The notes: generated by a model from the sequence alone, not told the origin. A stretch of 60,667 nt of DNA, filler included, from Sphacelaria rigidula (GCA_964200075.2; 5 parts of 5 records of this genome joined end to end with filler, not necessarily neighbours in it); one strand, 5' to 3'. Shown: positions 37,260 through 51,002, counted from the whole stretch's first letter. Made by a program: numbers and translations.

Positions 37260-40200
37260 CTCGAATCCCGTTGTCACTGCTGTGGCCAGGTCGACCATTA
37301 GGTGCGCGATTGCCCAATGTCTTCCGGTGGGGAGTCCGGGCAGTCTCATGCCGCGCGCCATCAGCATCGTCAGCACAAGGGTAAAGGATGAGGTGATCGG
37401 GGTGGTGGTGGCGGCGGATCCTCCGGCGTTGGAGGATTACAGTCGAGTTCTCAGAAGCAGCAGCAGCAGCGGCGGCGGCGGCGGCATCAACGTGGATCTG
37501 GTTTCGGCGCCGCTGTAGGTGCTGCTTCTCCGCAACGGATGGTGCAGGTGGGACCGACTTCTAGAGTGTCGAACACTGAGCCGGCGCCGGTGGCAACGCC
37601 GGCAGCGGCGCCGGGCGTGACGCCTGCCCATGCGCTGGTCGGAGGTTCGCCAAGCTCTTGGCCTGCTAGCCGGTGGTCGTACCCGCCGGCGGTGCCATTA
37701 AAAGCTGCCGGGGCGTCTTCGCCCGCGCAGCCCGCGCAGCCGTGGCGTCAAGTGGGATTAGTGGCGCATCGGTCGGCGGATGAAATGGCAGTGAGGTTTG
37801 CGGACAAGTACGTTCCTACGGAGCTGTGTCTTTCAAATCAACGGGAGCGTGGAGTCATTGCGGTTCGGGCTGTGTTGGATTCTGGCGCCCACTTCACGAG
37901 TCTGGCGGTGCAGATTGTAGAGACGTTGAAGCGTCTTTTCCCGGGTATGCCGCTGCACATTCCGTTCTCGCTGGGAGCGCGGTAGGCCGTCAGCGCATCG
38001 GGTCAGCATGTTTCCGTCACGGAACGCACTGTCCCGCTGCACCTGGCTTTGACGTCTGCCTGGGGGGGCGGCGCCGTTGCCTCCGGACTCGTTTGCGATC
38101 ATGCCGGGGTCGGGTGGCGTTATTCTTCTGGGGTCGCCGACATTCCTTGATCTTGAAGTCGACCTGTATGCGCGGCTGAGGGATTCCATCAAGACGCGGA
38201 TGTCTCCGCCTGGTCTACACGTGGAGACGCCCGCCGTTGTGGGCAGTCGTCGCGTGAGCTTGTCGGTGGATGCTTTTCAGGAGCTGGGGGGCAGGTGACC
38301 GAGGAGCGGGATGAAGCGGTGGAGCGCGTGGCGGAGCGAGGCCCGGACATGTTGATGGATCCGGCGGAAGAGCAGTCCGCTCGGAAGGTCGCGCTGGAGG
38401 GGAGTGTAACGGATACTGTGGCGAAAAGCCTCAGCGTTTCAAAAGCGGAGTGCCTATGCGGCATCTTGCATCACCGCGTTTCGTCGTGCGCTGCGGGGCG
38501 ATCCGCCTGCGCGCGTGGAGCCCATGCGTGTCCAGCTAAACCTTTGGGCGTCCGCGGTGGAGACAAAGCCGCGGCAGTACGATCCGGTGAAGTCGAGTTG
38601 GTTGGCGTCGTGCATAACGGCTCTTTTGGTGCTCGGGTTTGTGTTCCGGAATATGCTGGCCGTGTGGTCCAGTCTGGCTATGGCGGTTCCGAAGAAGGAC
38701 TTTTCCCGTCTGGTAAGCGACTACCCGGCCATGAATGAGCAGGTTGAGAAGTCGCCGGGTGTGCTACCCAACCAAGAGTCGAACGTGCTTGATCTGTTGA
38801 GTAATCGCTTTTTTGGCAAGTTGGACCTGCTCCACGGTTACTGGAAGATGCCGTTGGCGGAGGAGGCGCTTGGGATTCTCACCGTCACGACTCCTTTTGG
38901 CTCGTTTTACCCGAAGCGAGTGCCGCGAGGCGTGCTGAATGTCACGGCGTATTTTCAAGGCATCATGACAGAACTTCTCGTCCGCTACGAATGCAATTTA
39001 TGGGTGGATGATATGTTTTTCTTCGCGGACACGGAACACGAGCTTCTAGACACGCTTGATGCTATCTTGGCTCGTTCAGAGAGTGTTGGTTTGTTTGTGG
39101 CTGCGCACAAGTGTACCTCTTTCGCTAGTAAACTCGTGTGGTCTGGGAACACGCGTGTCTCATGCCTTGTCAGATGGCAAGGCTTGTCTGAGATGCGCGC
39201 CCGGAGACGGCCGCAGAACTCATGCAATTCTTTCAGGCCGTGAACTGGATGCGTACCTCGTTGCCGCGTATGGCAGAAATCGTAGCTCCCTCGCGCTTTT
39301 TCCTCAAAGAACTCATGGCGGGTGCTGCAAGGCGGACGAAGCGTGTGGCAAAACACCGCGCTGTTCCGCCTGCATCGTGGACGGAGGGCAGACTGCAGGC
39401 GTGGGCAGCAGCGAAGGATCTGGTGGCCGCTGTGACGCTGTTCCATCCTCGTCCCGATTGCCAGATGTTGATGTTTTCGGATGCTTCTGAGTACCATTGG
39501 GGTGGTTTTGTCACGCAGGTGCCTGAAGTTGAAATGCAACGACGCTTGCCGGTCGAGGACATGACATATGAACCGCTGGCTTTCCTCAGTGGTAGTTTCA
39601 AGGGTTCGCAGCTGCGATGGGCCACCATCAACAAGGAAGGATTTGCTATCGTGAGTACTTTTTGGTTTGGAGCATCTTTTGTGGAATGGCGTGCACATTT
39701 TCACGGATCACCGAAATCTCGTGTATATTTTCAACCCGGAAGCGTGCGTTACGTCTGTGTCGAAGGCGTTGGTGCAACGTTCGGAGGGTCGGAAAGGTGT
39801 TCTTGGCCAGCATCGTTACTCGATTTGCCACATTTCGGGTGACCGTAACGCGTGGGGTGACTTGCTTTCGCGTTGGGTGAATATTCCGGCTCTGCCTGTG
39901 AGCGCTGTGGCTGTGTATGGTCCGTGTGAACCTGATGACTCGATGCCATCCAAATCTGCTGTCCACCAAGCGCAACGGAAAGAATTTGGGGCGGGAGATG
40001 CGGATGTGCAATCTTCCGAGTCGGACGTTGGTACTGCCATCTTGGACAATGGAAGTATTTTTCGTGTGCATGCGCGTGGCCGAAGCGTTTTGTGGATTCC
40101 GAGTCCTGGCAAGCAGTTGCAGGTACATCTGATGACTTGCGTGCACATGCGCGACGCCGGGCATCGTGGCGTGGCTGCGACGCTCGAGCGCTTGTAGGAG

Positions 40201-41560
40201 TTAGTTGTGTGTTTCGCAGGAGAGGGAAACTATATGCGCGAATCCGTCTGCCAATGTCTTCACAGTGCTGACTCGAGGGCGGGCGATGTTGTTCCCCGCC
40301 CGCTCGGTGAAACGGTCGATGAGACGATCTTGACCGAAGTCGTTCATTTTGACTGCTTGTACGCCGGCGAGAGTGACCCGCTGGCTTCCCCAGGTTTCTC
40401 GGGGAACACTGGGTTTCGATACATTCTGGTAAGCATGGATGACTTGAGCAACTGCGTGTCCCTGGAAACAGTAGCAGTGTGCATTGCCGAATCGATTGCT
40501 GCATCTTTGCTAAATTGGTGCAAGACTTTGGGGGTGCCGCGTGTGTGGATGAGTGACACCGCCACGCATTTTTAAGAATGTGATTTTGGCCCAATGGCGA
40601 GGAGGTTTGCAGGTTGATCACCAGGTTGCGGTGGCGTATTCTCCGTGGTCTAACGGCACGTGCGAACGCATGGTCAAGAAAGTCGTTCATACTCTTCGCT
40701 CTGTCCTCCTCGAGCAGCATAAAACGAGCTCCGAGAGGGTGAACGTGTTGCCTGCGGTGCAATGGGCGCTTAATACAGCGTATCGTCGTCGTTACGATAG
40801 TACGCCGTACCACGTGATGTTTGGTCGTGCTCCTCGGACATCTTTCTCGGTGTCAACGTCTTTGTCGGCGGGGGAATGGAGTTGTGATGCTTTGAAGGAC
40901 GGTCATATCAAGCGTGCATTGCAAGGAGTCTTGGTTATACGAGAACATTTCACAGACCGCCGATGCAACTTGTTTCTGCTTTTATGCAGACTCGCAGCTT
41001 CATGTCATGGCTGACGTTAGGGACGTGCTCCAGCAAGCTTTCAATCAGTGACAATTTCACATGGCTGGTTTCGTCCGAGTGGTAACAGCACACCATCGCT
41101 CATTGTTCGTGTTGGTCGACTGGGTTGGCTTCGAACTTAAGAAGCGTACGTGGGATCCTTTCAAGGATATTTTTGAGGCCGCTCCGAATTTTCGCACGAA
41201 GGAATCGCGTAACTTGCGTGTGACAATTTCACATGGTTGGTATTGTCCGAGTGGTAAAAGCACACCATCGCTCATTGATCATGTTGGTCGACTGGGTTGG
41301 CTTCGAACTTGTGAAGCGTACATGGGAGCCTTTCAAGGATGTTTTTGAGGCCGCTCCGGGTTTTCGCACGAAGGAGTCGCGTAACTTGCGTGTGACAATT
41401 TCAAATGGCTGGTATTGTCCGAGTGGCAGAAGCAGACGATCGTTCATTGACCGTGTTGGTCGACTGGGTTGGTTTCGAACTTGAGAAGCGTACGTGGGAG
41501 CCTTTCAAGGATGCTTTTGAGGCCGCTCCGGACTTTCGCACGAAGGAGTCGCGTAACTTT
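37260..41560 (+). mobile_element. Decayed chromodomain-bearing Ty3/Gypsy retrotransposon (PR-RT-RH-INT-CHD), multiple frameshifts and stops
   Basis: PR VLDSGAHFTS; RT FGKLDLLHGYWKMPL, RVPRGVLN, LWVDDM; RH FSDASEYHWGG, ATINKEGFAI, IFTDHRNL, NAWGDLLSR; INT HMRDAGHRG, VVHFD, MSDTATHF, WSNGTCERM, STPYHVMFGRAP; CHD VLVDWVGFELEKRTWEP. The RT-RH-INT order indicates Gypsy. Confidence 0.95.
41048..41559 (+). repeat. Three tandem 172-bp units, each encoding a chromodomain-like peptide
   Basis: Units start gtgacaatttca at 41048, 41220 and 41392; ORFs at 41061, 41233 and 41405 give the same peptide in three different frames. Confidence 0.95.
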
Positions 41561-43775
41561 GTGCAAAATACCCACATCCGGCGCCTACCATCTACTACTC
41601 TTTCACCCACCTTCCAACCAGAGAAGTCTGAAGCATCGGTGAGCCTGATTGACTAAGTTAGATTAGATTGGTTGATTGAATACTGGAAGGTAGAGACAAG
41701 ATAATGAAGGAGAAGAAGACGAACTGTGCATGAGATCATTCCGAGGCAGTTGCCATTTGCCGAACTTGTCTTGTGCGAGTTGGGTTCTGTTGTTCCACCT
41801 GGCTGTTCAGCCTACGGATTGTCCACTTGCCTTGTGAGCCTGTACTTGGACTGCAAGCTGTACCTTGCTATAACAGCACCGCATCCTCATTACATTTGGC
41901 GTTTGACTAAGGAGCTTCTTCTTTTTTGCAATCGCGTTTCCCTTCTAGCACCGATTTCATCCCTGCTTGTTGAGCTGCGTGCGCGTGGCTTTTGTTGCAA
42001 TCGGTGCACTTTACGGTTTTGGGATTTTTGTAGCCAAACTTACCTAGCAAGTTTGCTAGATAGTCTGTCGTTACCTACTGCGAAAATTCCAACCTGTGCG
42101 CTACACCGCCCGTAGTACTCGTGACTCCCGGCTCTTACCGCTTGCTGCTTGCTGCAGCGCTTGACTGCACACCTGGTGCGGCGTGGGGTCAACGCGCATC
42201 GCACGCCAGCCTTGCCTTGTTGTGTGTTGTGTCTTTTTGTGACATACACACCTGTACGTTGCACTGTGGTGCACAACGTAACATCCCCTGGAGGTCCAGT
42301 ACAGGACAGTCACACGCCCAGCCATCTCTGACTCGCGTATTTGGTCTTGTTGCCCCCTTCCTTCTGGCAGGAGAAGTCTTCTGCTACAGGCTTTTTATAG
42401 AACACCAGTGCACAGGGTGCACCGTTTCTCATAGTCAGCCGTTGTTCCTGACCTGAGCTTCTTGCCAAGTCAGCAATCTTCCGCTCTCATATTTTAGTGT
42501 CAGTTGTACACGACTGTTGCATCATTTGTTCACGAAATCACTGAGCAACACCACCCGTGCTCCCAAATGGGTGACCACGGACATCTGTACACGAGCTTTG
42601 TATCCGTTCCGGCACGTCATTTTCGTCGCTTGTAGCTACATTGTTGTTATTGTTCTTTTCTGGTGTACTTCGCACAGCTGTAGAGCAGCGCTGTACATCA
42701 CTGTGATAAGTAACAATGCACAGCACAACGAGCTGAGAGCTTTCCCTCATTGACCCCCTCTCGAACAAATAATAATTAATCGTTCCGAGACAGTGTCGTC
42801 GCGATAATACTCGTTGTGATATTTCAGACCTACGTTGCGTGCTCCCTTGGAGTAGACGGCACTCGAAACCAGTGCCCCTTGCCTGTGCACTACATTTTTT
42901 CGGCACCCGCACTCAGCGTTGCCCCTGCTGCGCACAACTTCAACTTCGTTTCATATACGTACGTTGTCCCAACTCCGTTGTGTAACAAGCTTTCGCCCTG
43001 CACTACGCAGTCCGATCTCGCGGTCTACACCCCAAGCTTTGTAGAAGCTTTTGTGCTGCCCTACGCTGCACGATCTTTCGGTGCTCATCGAACACAAATT
43101 TCATTGAACACCGCCAGTCGTTTCTCAGCTTGTGCCGGGATAATACAGTTATAGTCTGCCTGTGACGCCATAACCGCAAAACGTGTGACTTCTACTACTT
43201 TTACGTACCAGCGCTGCTACAGACAACTGGATTTTGCTTTCCTTGACCCCATACGTCTGTTCTGTGCGCAATCCCGAGCTTCCGTTGATAGCTATTTCCG
43301 CCACAACTTAGATAGTTGTATTGACCAGACATCGGACATTGTTGTTACATACAGCAATCAGCTTGAATAATAATACTCGAGTTCATCCGGTTCCCAAGGT
43401 CCCCTCAGGCGCTATTAGGCTTCATTATCCCGTATTTCCGGATACAAGCTTCGGCCGTTGCACTTAGCATTTCTTGGTGTCACGCTCCTTTGATTAGAGC
43501 CCGACGACCAGACACACTGCCTCTGCCTTTTTAAGCACACAAGTTGCGTACGACTATCATGTCGCACGGACATAACGCTGGCTCTTCCCCCCACTTGGGA
43601 AGCCAATCGCTTCGTCGGACACGGAGTCGAATCACTGGCGGTCCGAAATCTTTTAATATGAGTGTCAAGTCACCTTCAACTCATCGACGCATGTATGCGA
43701 GCGCTGTTCAATCTCCGGGATCTGAAGACCAACCTTCGAGCGATACTCGTTCTTCGAGATTTGAAGACACACGAA

Positions 43776-43873
43776 TGGCCCTTGGGGTGCCTGCAACCTC
43801 ATATTTGGACGTTACAGACGTTGCACAAGGTCTGTAACGTCCTCATTTGAGGTTACAGGCACCCCAGTGGCCA
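43776..43873. other. 98-nt long stem-loop
   Basis: Arms 43776-43819 and 43830-43873 are reverse complements at 38/44 positions, plus one G-U pair. Confidence 0.9.
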
Positions 43874-46800
43874 CCCGTGCAAGACTCTGACGCTGCGACC
43901 TGTTCTCTCACGTTCCGACTCGGACTCAGAGAACAGGCTTGTGCCACCGGCTGACTCATTGGCTTCTGACGGACATGTCAGTGTACCCATAACGGTGGAT
44001 TCCGTAGCGCCCCCCTCGCTGCGTCCTCTTCTTCCGAATCCCAATGTGGAATCCGAAGACAGGATTGTGCTCCCAGCTGAGTCGTTGCCCCTAGACACAC
44101 GTATCCAGCTTAGCCCTGTAACGGTTGCTTCAACCGTGGCACCCCGTCGCATGACGGCTGACAACTCTCGAGACGATTCAGTCCCGACGAAGCGTATCGC
44201 TTCTGGAGCAAGAGACTTTGTCACGCGGGTTGCTTCCGTTACGGACCCCCATCGCACGACTTTCGATAGTCCCGTGCGCCCTGCTGCACAGTCCATTATC
44301 GGACCAGCAGTCGCGGCCATGCATTCTGCGCTGCAGACTATGCATCGCACTTCCTCGGCGTCGTCGCACTCACCAGCTTCAGCTGTCATCGAGGCATTCA
44401 CGGCTTTCTGTCAGGCCACGCTCCAAGATCAATCGGCGTCTGCTCACGTGCAATTCAATGATGATTCTGCACCTGCCACGCCCAAACCCGTACGTTTGGC
44501 GCCCCGATCGGCGACGTCGCGTCCTCCGTTCGTCACTCATAAAATATTCAACGAACATGGGTCCATCCCCTGCTCGACGTCAAACCAGCGTCTTGCTCGC
44601 GCTTCTGACCGGCGCCGCACACCGACAGTTGGTCACAACCACGTCACCCGTGCTGGCAGTTCAAAGGACAACTCCCAGCAAAGCTTGAATTCATCGCGCA
44701 TTTTTACACGTCCGAAGAACGCCGCTCATGGTCGCACATATGACGGTAGTTCACGCCATACTTACAATTCATCACGCGCTCAGAAGCGCCCGGTGAATGT
44801 CAACCGTGACCGTACTCAGGAGGATGATTCGCGGCACAGATCAAGTTCATCGCGCGTTAACTAGCGCTTGAAGAACAACGATCATGCAACCGCGCGCACC
44901 CCTCCTGCGCTACCTCCGTTACGCCGCCGTTATTTACGCATTGATAACACCGTACATACGGACGATATTCAAAATATGTTTTCGGACATGTCACCGGCTC
45001 TGGAATCCTCAATTGAGGGATCCGGCCGCACTTCATCGCAAAACCGACGACCCCGCAATGATCGCGATCAACCATCCCGCTCCGACGCTACGCTTATCCG
45101 CTCTTTTCAACAACGATTGACAGATCTTGAGCGACAGCTCTCAACCATGGCGACTTCAAGATCCACTGCCGCCGCTGACAAGATCACCACGGAGCCCACT
45201 GGCGTTCCCGCAGCTACTGCTGCCGCTACAATCGCTGCTGCTCTGGCCGCTGCGCCTTCTGCCGCCCCCACGACGGCTCCTACACTCGCTACCGCCCCGT
45301 CTGCGGTTGACACTGACGCCTATAGTGGTCCAACCACTGGCCCATCCGTGTCCCCATCTGTGGAGGACCTCCCTCCGCTCGGCGACGAGCGATGCCCTAC
45401 CGGGCTTCTGTTGGGGCTGTTCAGAAACCGCCCCCGCGCGGAGCAGCTGTAGCTCATTGAAGACTACGCCTCACAAGCCCCAACACTTGCAGAAGACATA
45501 CTCGACCAACAACGAGAAGCTGACGCCGCCGCTACCCGCCTCCTTGTGGAGGAACACGCCGAGAAAGAAACGGATCTCCGGCGGCAGGCCTCCCACCTCC
45601 AGTGCACCGCCACGGCTGCCCAACGAGCGCTTCACGAAGGTTGCACTGCTGCCATAGCGGCTAAGAGATGGGTACGGGAACTGCGAGATCATGGCCGACA
45701 GACGGCCCACGGAGCGGCTACGCCGGTGGCGCGTTTGTCAAACCATCAAGCCTTTCCGTCTGCCACCAGCAAAATCAGTGCTCGTCCTCCTCGCCAGCCT
45801 TCGGCCCAAGCGGCCCCGCTTAAGACTGGTCAGTCATCTTACAAAATCCCACGCAAATCTGACGAACAGCCGTACGCCGCGGCCGCTGCCGTCCCCACGA
45901 CGGCCCCAACACCACCGCCTCGAGGAGCTAGCTCGGCGGTGAATGCCGCCCCTACCCAAGGTCTGCAACTGGCACCTCACGAACGAGTGTGGTTTTCTCG
46001 TTCCGTGGCCAACCATACAGGTCCTTTCCGCCGCAGCAACCACCTACACTGCTCCCGCGAAGCACGGGCCCTGATTTCGCAGCGAATGCTCTACGCCGTT
46101 AGTGTTTACGCGGGGCAGGGTGGCTTCTTCCCCGATGAGGGCGTGTCAGTGCTCACCTTGGGCCAACTGGTCCTTCAAACGACTATCGGCGATCACCCGC
46201 AACACCAGAGTTACGTCGACGCTCTCACCAAACCTTTTGCGGCGCTCCGCGCCGCTTACAACCCTCATCCCGGCGCCACCATCACCGACGATGATGAAGA
46301 TGAAGATGAAGATGAGTGGACTCCCGCAACTCCCAACTGCTGGGGCCAAAAGAAGAACCGCCGCCGGGACGATGGCGACAACGATGGAGTTGGCTCACGC
46401 CGCCGCCATGGTGGTGAAGGATCCTCTTCGGGCGGTTCCGGACCGAGCCGCCCGGCTCGCGACCCCCGCGACCCGCCCCGCAAAATATCCGGAGGTAATT
46501 CTTCCGGATCTTCCGCAACCGGCTGGAACCGGTCCGGTACAGACCTCCCCCCCCCCGGGTCTGGCGACCCCCAGGCGAGTGATCCCTAAGTTGGCTGATG
46601 TTTCGGCCAGCATTTTAGATTTATCCGATACGGACACACCTGACCGTCCTTTGTCTTCTACTGCAGCCCGCGCTTTAGCAACCGCTGCGGCTGACAAAGA
46701 ACGTTCCGAAGCTAGTAAAAAGCAGCTCCCGATAGAGCTGAGTCTGCCCGAGTAGCTGCAATACAGAGACAGTATATTCAGATGAATGTGAAAAACCTCT

Positions 46801-48217
46801 GGCACATTCAAACAATGCCTGCTGCGGATAACGAAGAGTTGGGCCAGTTTACTTCTGCCCTTATCACGTCCATTCGCCGCACTGTTTGTAACATCCTTTA
46901 CTTGGCGGATGCAAGTGGCACACAATGATTCGAAGATCCCGACTGGGTAGAGGGCTTGCAGACTCCCTTGTACAAAGTATTGCATCGATTCATCAGCCGC
47001 CGCTCTCCCGACATCGCTGCTTCTTTGACGCAGATTCTCCACGGCTTCCTCGCCGAAATGGATCCGGACCGTGCCAAGGGGAAGACAGGCCCGGAAATTA
47101 CTCTCTGATTTGGAGAGGGGTTTGATTGGCTACTTCGACAAACGTGACCAGGCCAGCGCCATCCAGAGGCTGAGTTCTTTTGTCGTCGCATCGGATGTCC
47201 CCTTCGCGGATTGTCTCCGCGAATTCAAGCTTTTGGTTTCGGGTACTACGGGTGTCGGACGCCAAAACGGACCGGGCGATGCAGTGTGTCAGACTTACGT
47301 TGGTAATAGCGTTGCTCAACAGTTTCCGGCTCTGATGCCGTCGTTGTTTTCGGGTGTCTTGGCGCATCGCGAGGTGCCTTACGCCTCCGTTGATACTATG
47401 TGGTCCGCTTCTGTACACCAAGAGGGTAACCTAACGCCCGCCATACGTGGCAAACCCTCTACGTCTTTGCGTTCACAACCTACGATTGTGTCTACCGCTT
47501 ATGCCCAAGGGGCTCGCGGCAGGAATTCGAGCTCATCTCGCGCTTTATGGACCCCCGACTCGGTCGTCGGTTCAGTTGTGCATGTTCAGAGTACCAGAGA
47601 TGCATGCAGCGCGAGTTTTGATGGTTGGCCGGTTTCCGAGAAAACTTGAGATGATACTTATTTGAATTTAACAACGGCATTCATTACCGATGACCCCCAT
47701 TTGTGGAACCCACTTATTTCGTCTTCCGCTAGACGCAATGCCTTCAGCAGTCATACCAACAGTTGAATCAACTGTAGTGTCCGAGGCAACAGTATGTGCG
47801 ACTGCGACAGTCCATGTATCAATACCTTTGATCTCATGAACCTGGAATTGCGGGACAACGAACCCGCGTGGCGCCGATGGCAAAAACGCATGCGCGACTA
47901 CCGCCCACCAAATCGGAATTACCGTAACAATTTGAACCCACGTGGCAACAAAAGCTCTAATCGCTGTCGCCGACCAAACAAAAATCACGCAAGCCCTCGC
48001 CGGAACGTTCAAACTTTTCGCGACCACAAATGTGCCGCTGATAGACACCGGCGGACGGCACCGACACAAAGCTCGAATACCAACACCAGAAACCCTGGTA
48101 CCTTCACTACGGATAACCTGGATCCATGACGTGCCGACGCCTTTCTTCGGTCTTTCACGTCGCGGACAGCACGAGCGAAGACTTCCTCAACACAGTCCGC
48201 GGAGTCCGTGTCTAAAA

Positions 48218-48420
48218 CTGCTCACTCGACTCCCCCGGCATTATCCAGGAGCGTAACTGACGGCCGTTCAAACCGACCCCCGTCTCCAACCTCCACACAC
48301 TTTTCAACACAGCCCGCAGAGCCCAAGACTACGATTGTTCGCCCGGCTCCCCCGGCACTATGCAGGAGTGCAACGGACGGCCGCTCATATCGACCCCCGT
48401 CTTCACCGCTCCACACATCG
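48218..48420 (+). repeat. Diverged in-frame tandem duplication, ~117-bp period
   Basis: PPALSRSVTDGRSNRPPS versus PPALCRSATDGRSYRPPS. Confidence 0.8.
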
Positions 48421-48516
48421 CGTAACAGTTGTGTCACCCCGGAGCAATGCTACGGTAGGGGTGCACTTTTATCGCGAATTTTTGTCTGGTTCAGGGGCTC
48501 CTAACGATTCTAGACG

Positions 48517-48616
48517 NNNNNNNNNNNNNNNNNNNNNNNNNNNNNNNNNNNNNNNNNNNNTTAATTAATTAANNNNNNNNNNNNNNNNNNNNNNNNNNNN
48601 NNNNNNNNNNNNNNNN
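48517..48616. other. Artificial contig linker
   Basis: Identical N44-TTAATTAATTAA-N44. Confidence 0.98.
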
Positions 48617-50102
48617 CAGGAAGGGCGGTGCTGCGGCAATAACAGATCAATCCGATTTGAACTTGGGGGGTGATTTTCATCGTTGATATTCGCCGACCTC
48701 TCCCAAGGGGGTGCCCGAGCAGAAGAGCAGAAGGGCCTGTCACACGCCAGTTGAGGGGGGTGTATGAGAGATCAAACACTTGTAGAGACCTTTTTGACAT
48801 GTAGAGTGAAAAAAGATATCTATGGTGGTGACCTAACTGTTGCTAGCGTGGCGCATAGGCAATGTGTGAAGAAAAATGCCACTTCAACACCATATTTTGT
48901 ATCAACCCCATTATCTAGGATTCACTGTTGACTGCTGTTTGGTACACCAAATGGGCAGGCTCCATCTCGGTGTGATACCCGCCACACTTTTTCCGAAGTC
49001 ACGGAAAACAGTTTCAGGATCTGTTTTCGTCAAGAAAGGTTGTTGGAAAAATTTTACGGCCCGAAACTTTCCAGAGTCTTTTCTCGGCTCATAAGATGCA
49101 AGAAGCGGCCTGAGGAAGACGAAAATCCTACTTGGATGCTTCATCGAATCATAAGAAGCCGCCACGGGAGGGCACACAATCTCGAGGTTTGAAACATCGG
49201 CGATCATTTTGGTGGGTGCAGCCGTTACTTCAAGTTGAGGGTTGGAAAGAGTAAGTCGTGAAAAAACATGAGCCACAATCAACCATCTGCCTATCTCGAT
49301 GAAACCCATGAAGAACTCGACAACCATCACACCGTTTTGGCCAAGGCTACCTTCGCTGGTACGGTGTCACTCACAGCGTTCTGCGGGTATTGACGCTAGC
49401 TGCAGCTGTGTCGTGAGTTGCGCGTGGAACCCAAACCGGTTTCAGCTGTTCAGACAACGCACTGCTGCATTATCACGTCTCCGAAATCCTTGAAATCACT
49501 GCTGTGAACTGTCCGTGTGTAGGATCCAGCTTCTCGAGCATGAGTTGCCTTGGGCAAGCGTCAAATCGTTCGCCGTGCTCAGTCACTTGGAAAGAAAGCT
49601 TAATTGCAAGCGGTATTCATCTGGCATTCTGCTTGCAGGTGGTAGATAACGCGGTGTGTGTCATGCGCGTACATTGTGTAGTGTCTACTGATGGGTGCTG
49701 CCGTGTTTCTGTGATGATTTTCAATGAGTGTCGTGTCGTCTCCAAAGCTGTACGTAGGTAAAGCAATGGTCGGATTTCGCTGCGGCTAAGCTGTCGGGAT
49801 CGGGGGGAGGTGTTGCGAAGAGGGGGAAATTTTTTTTAGGCCACCGTTGAGCGTCGGCAGCACAAATTTAGCGTCATTCCTGTATGAAAAAGATACATTT
49901 ATGTGCTCTTCCGATGGAAAGTTACGATCATATACCTTATTCTGACATTGAATTTCATGTGAACTACAACGAGGGTGTGCAGGGCTTTACGCCTAGTTTA
50001 CAACAGCAGGAGTGACAATAGCTCGTATACTTTTATCAGGACGGGGAGCCATTCATCCACTTTCCCGCTGCGCGATGTGTCTGTTTTCCGACGGCATGAC
50101 AG

Positions 50103-51002
50103 AATTGAAGACTACTTCCAAACTAACTCGACGAAGGCGGGGCTGCCATCCTTCGAGATTTTTGATAGTTTGTCTCCGATCGTAACGATCGAGCAGAATT
50201 TCGACGAGCTTCTCATCCCGCCGGATCACGTGAGCCGTCGGCCATCAGATACCTACTATGTAGACGCCAAGCGAGTGCTCAGGTGCCATACGAGCGCCCA
50301 TCAGACGGCACTGCTTCAGAAAGGGCATGATGCATTCCTCGTTTGCGGAGATGTGTACCGGCGAGACGAAGTAGATAGTACGCATTACCCCGTGTTCCAT
50401 CAAATGGAGGGAGTGCGGGTGATGACAGACGCCCAGGTGAGTAAAATTTTAAAGTGGCTTCACGTTTTGTGTCGTGAGCGCAAGCCACTGTTGCAGTGGG
50501 ATACAAACAGCGTCGCATCCCGTGTACTTGATGTTGCTAATGCAGAACGTGTTTTTTGGGCCAGGAGGGAGCACAGGTGGTACACACGCTCAGCTGTGTC
50601 CGATTGAACGTCACTTCACGAACTCAAGCCATTGCTCTGTTGCAACACAGACAGCGGTGCCATCCCGTGGCTAGTGCTGATGTTGGTATCATATCGCCTT
50701 TCACTATAGGCAAGGTACGAGGCTAGAAGGCATTCAGCCTTGACTTGGATCAAGCGGCACCCATGGCCGTTTTTTGTTATACACCATACACGCCTCAGCG
50801 CTCTGAGGCAAATTTGTCACAATCCCAATGATAGGTGCCTCCAGACCTGCGCCACAGCGAAAAGAAGATCTTGGCAAATAAGGCTCTCCGGGAAGGACTG
50901 GAGGGGTTGGCAAGAAGCCTCTTCGGCAATGTGGAAATGCGTTGGGTGGATGCATATTTCCCGTTCACTGAACCATCCGCTGAACTAGAAATCTTCTTCA
51001 GG
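50103..51002 (+). CDS. FARS2: Organellar (monomeric mitochondrial/plastid-type) phenylalanyl-tRNA synthetase, two internal exons 50103-50436 and 50835-51002
   Basis: [54 protein letters not shown], then [19 protein letters not shown]. Junctions ag|A, CAG|gtgag, tag|GTG and AGG|gtaag are in phase. Confidence 0.95.

Larger units (their letters stand above)
42290..48516 (+). mobile_element. 5' half of a large decayed retroelement: long leader, low-complexity ORF1 pieces and a gag-like region with a degenerate CCHC knuckle; cut by the contig end
   Basis: Co-oriented long ORF fragments at 43941-46589 and 47071-48129. *INCSVRGNSMCDC at ~47764-47805 fits C-x2-C-x4-H-x4-C with C>stop and H>N. Possible LTR end (cgtaaca) and TGGAGGTCC PBS near 42277-42300. 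No pol visible, so the superfamily is unassigned. Confidence 0.55.

Noticed and set aside
39749-40813. 354-aa minus-strand ORF (and similar ones at 38985-39704, 22259-23083, 46395-47042)
   Set aside because: Antisense shadows of GC-rich retroelement coding sequence, with no independent motifs.
48911-49330. hAT transposase call from EFFMGFIE
   Set aside because: A single weak motif with no TIRs or other catalytic motifs; left unassigned.
49523-49613. Phase-compatible candidate upstream exon of PheRS
   Set aside because: The peptide lacks the expected NLH..HPL motif that precedes RIEDYF in organellar PheRS.
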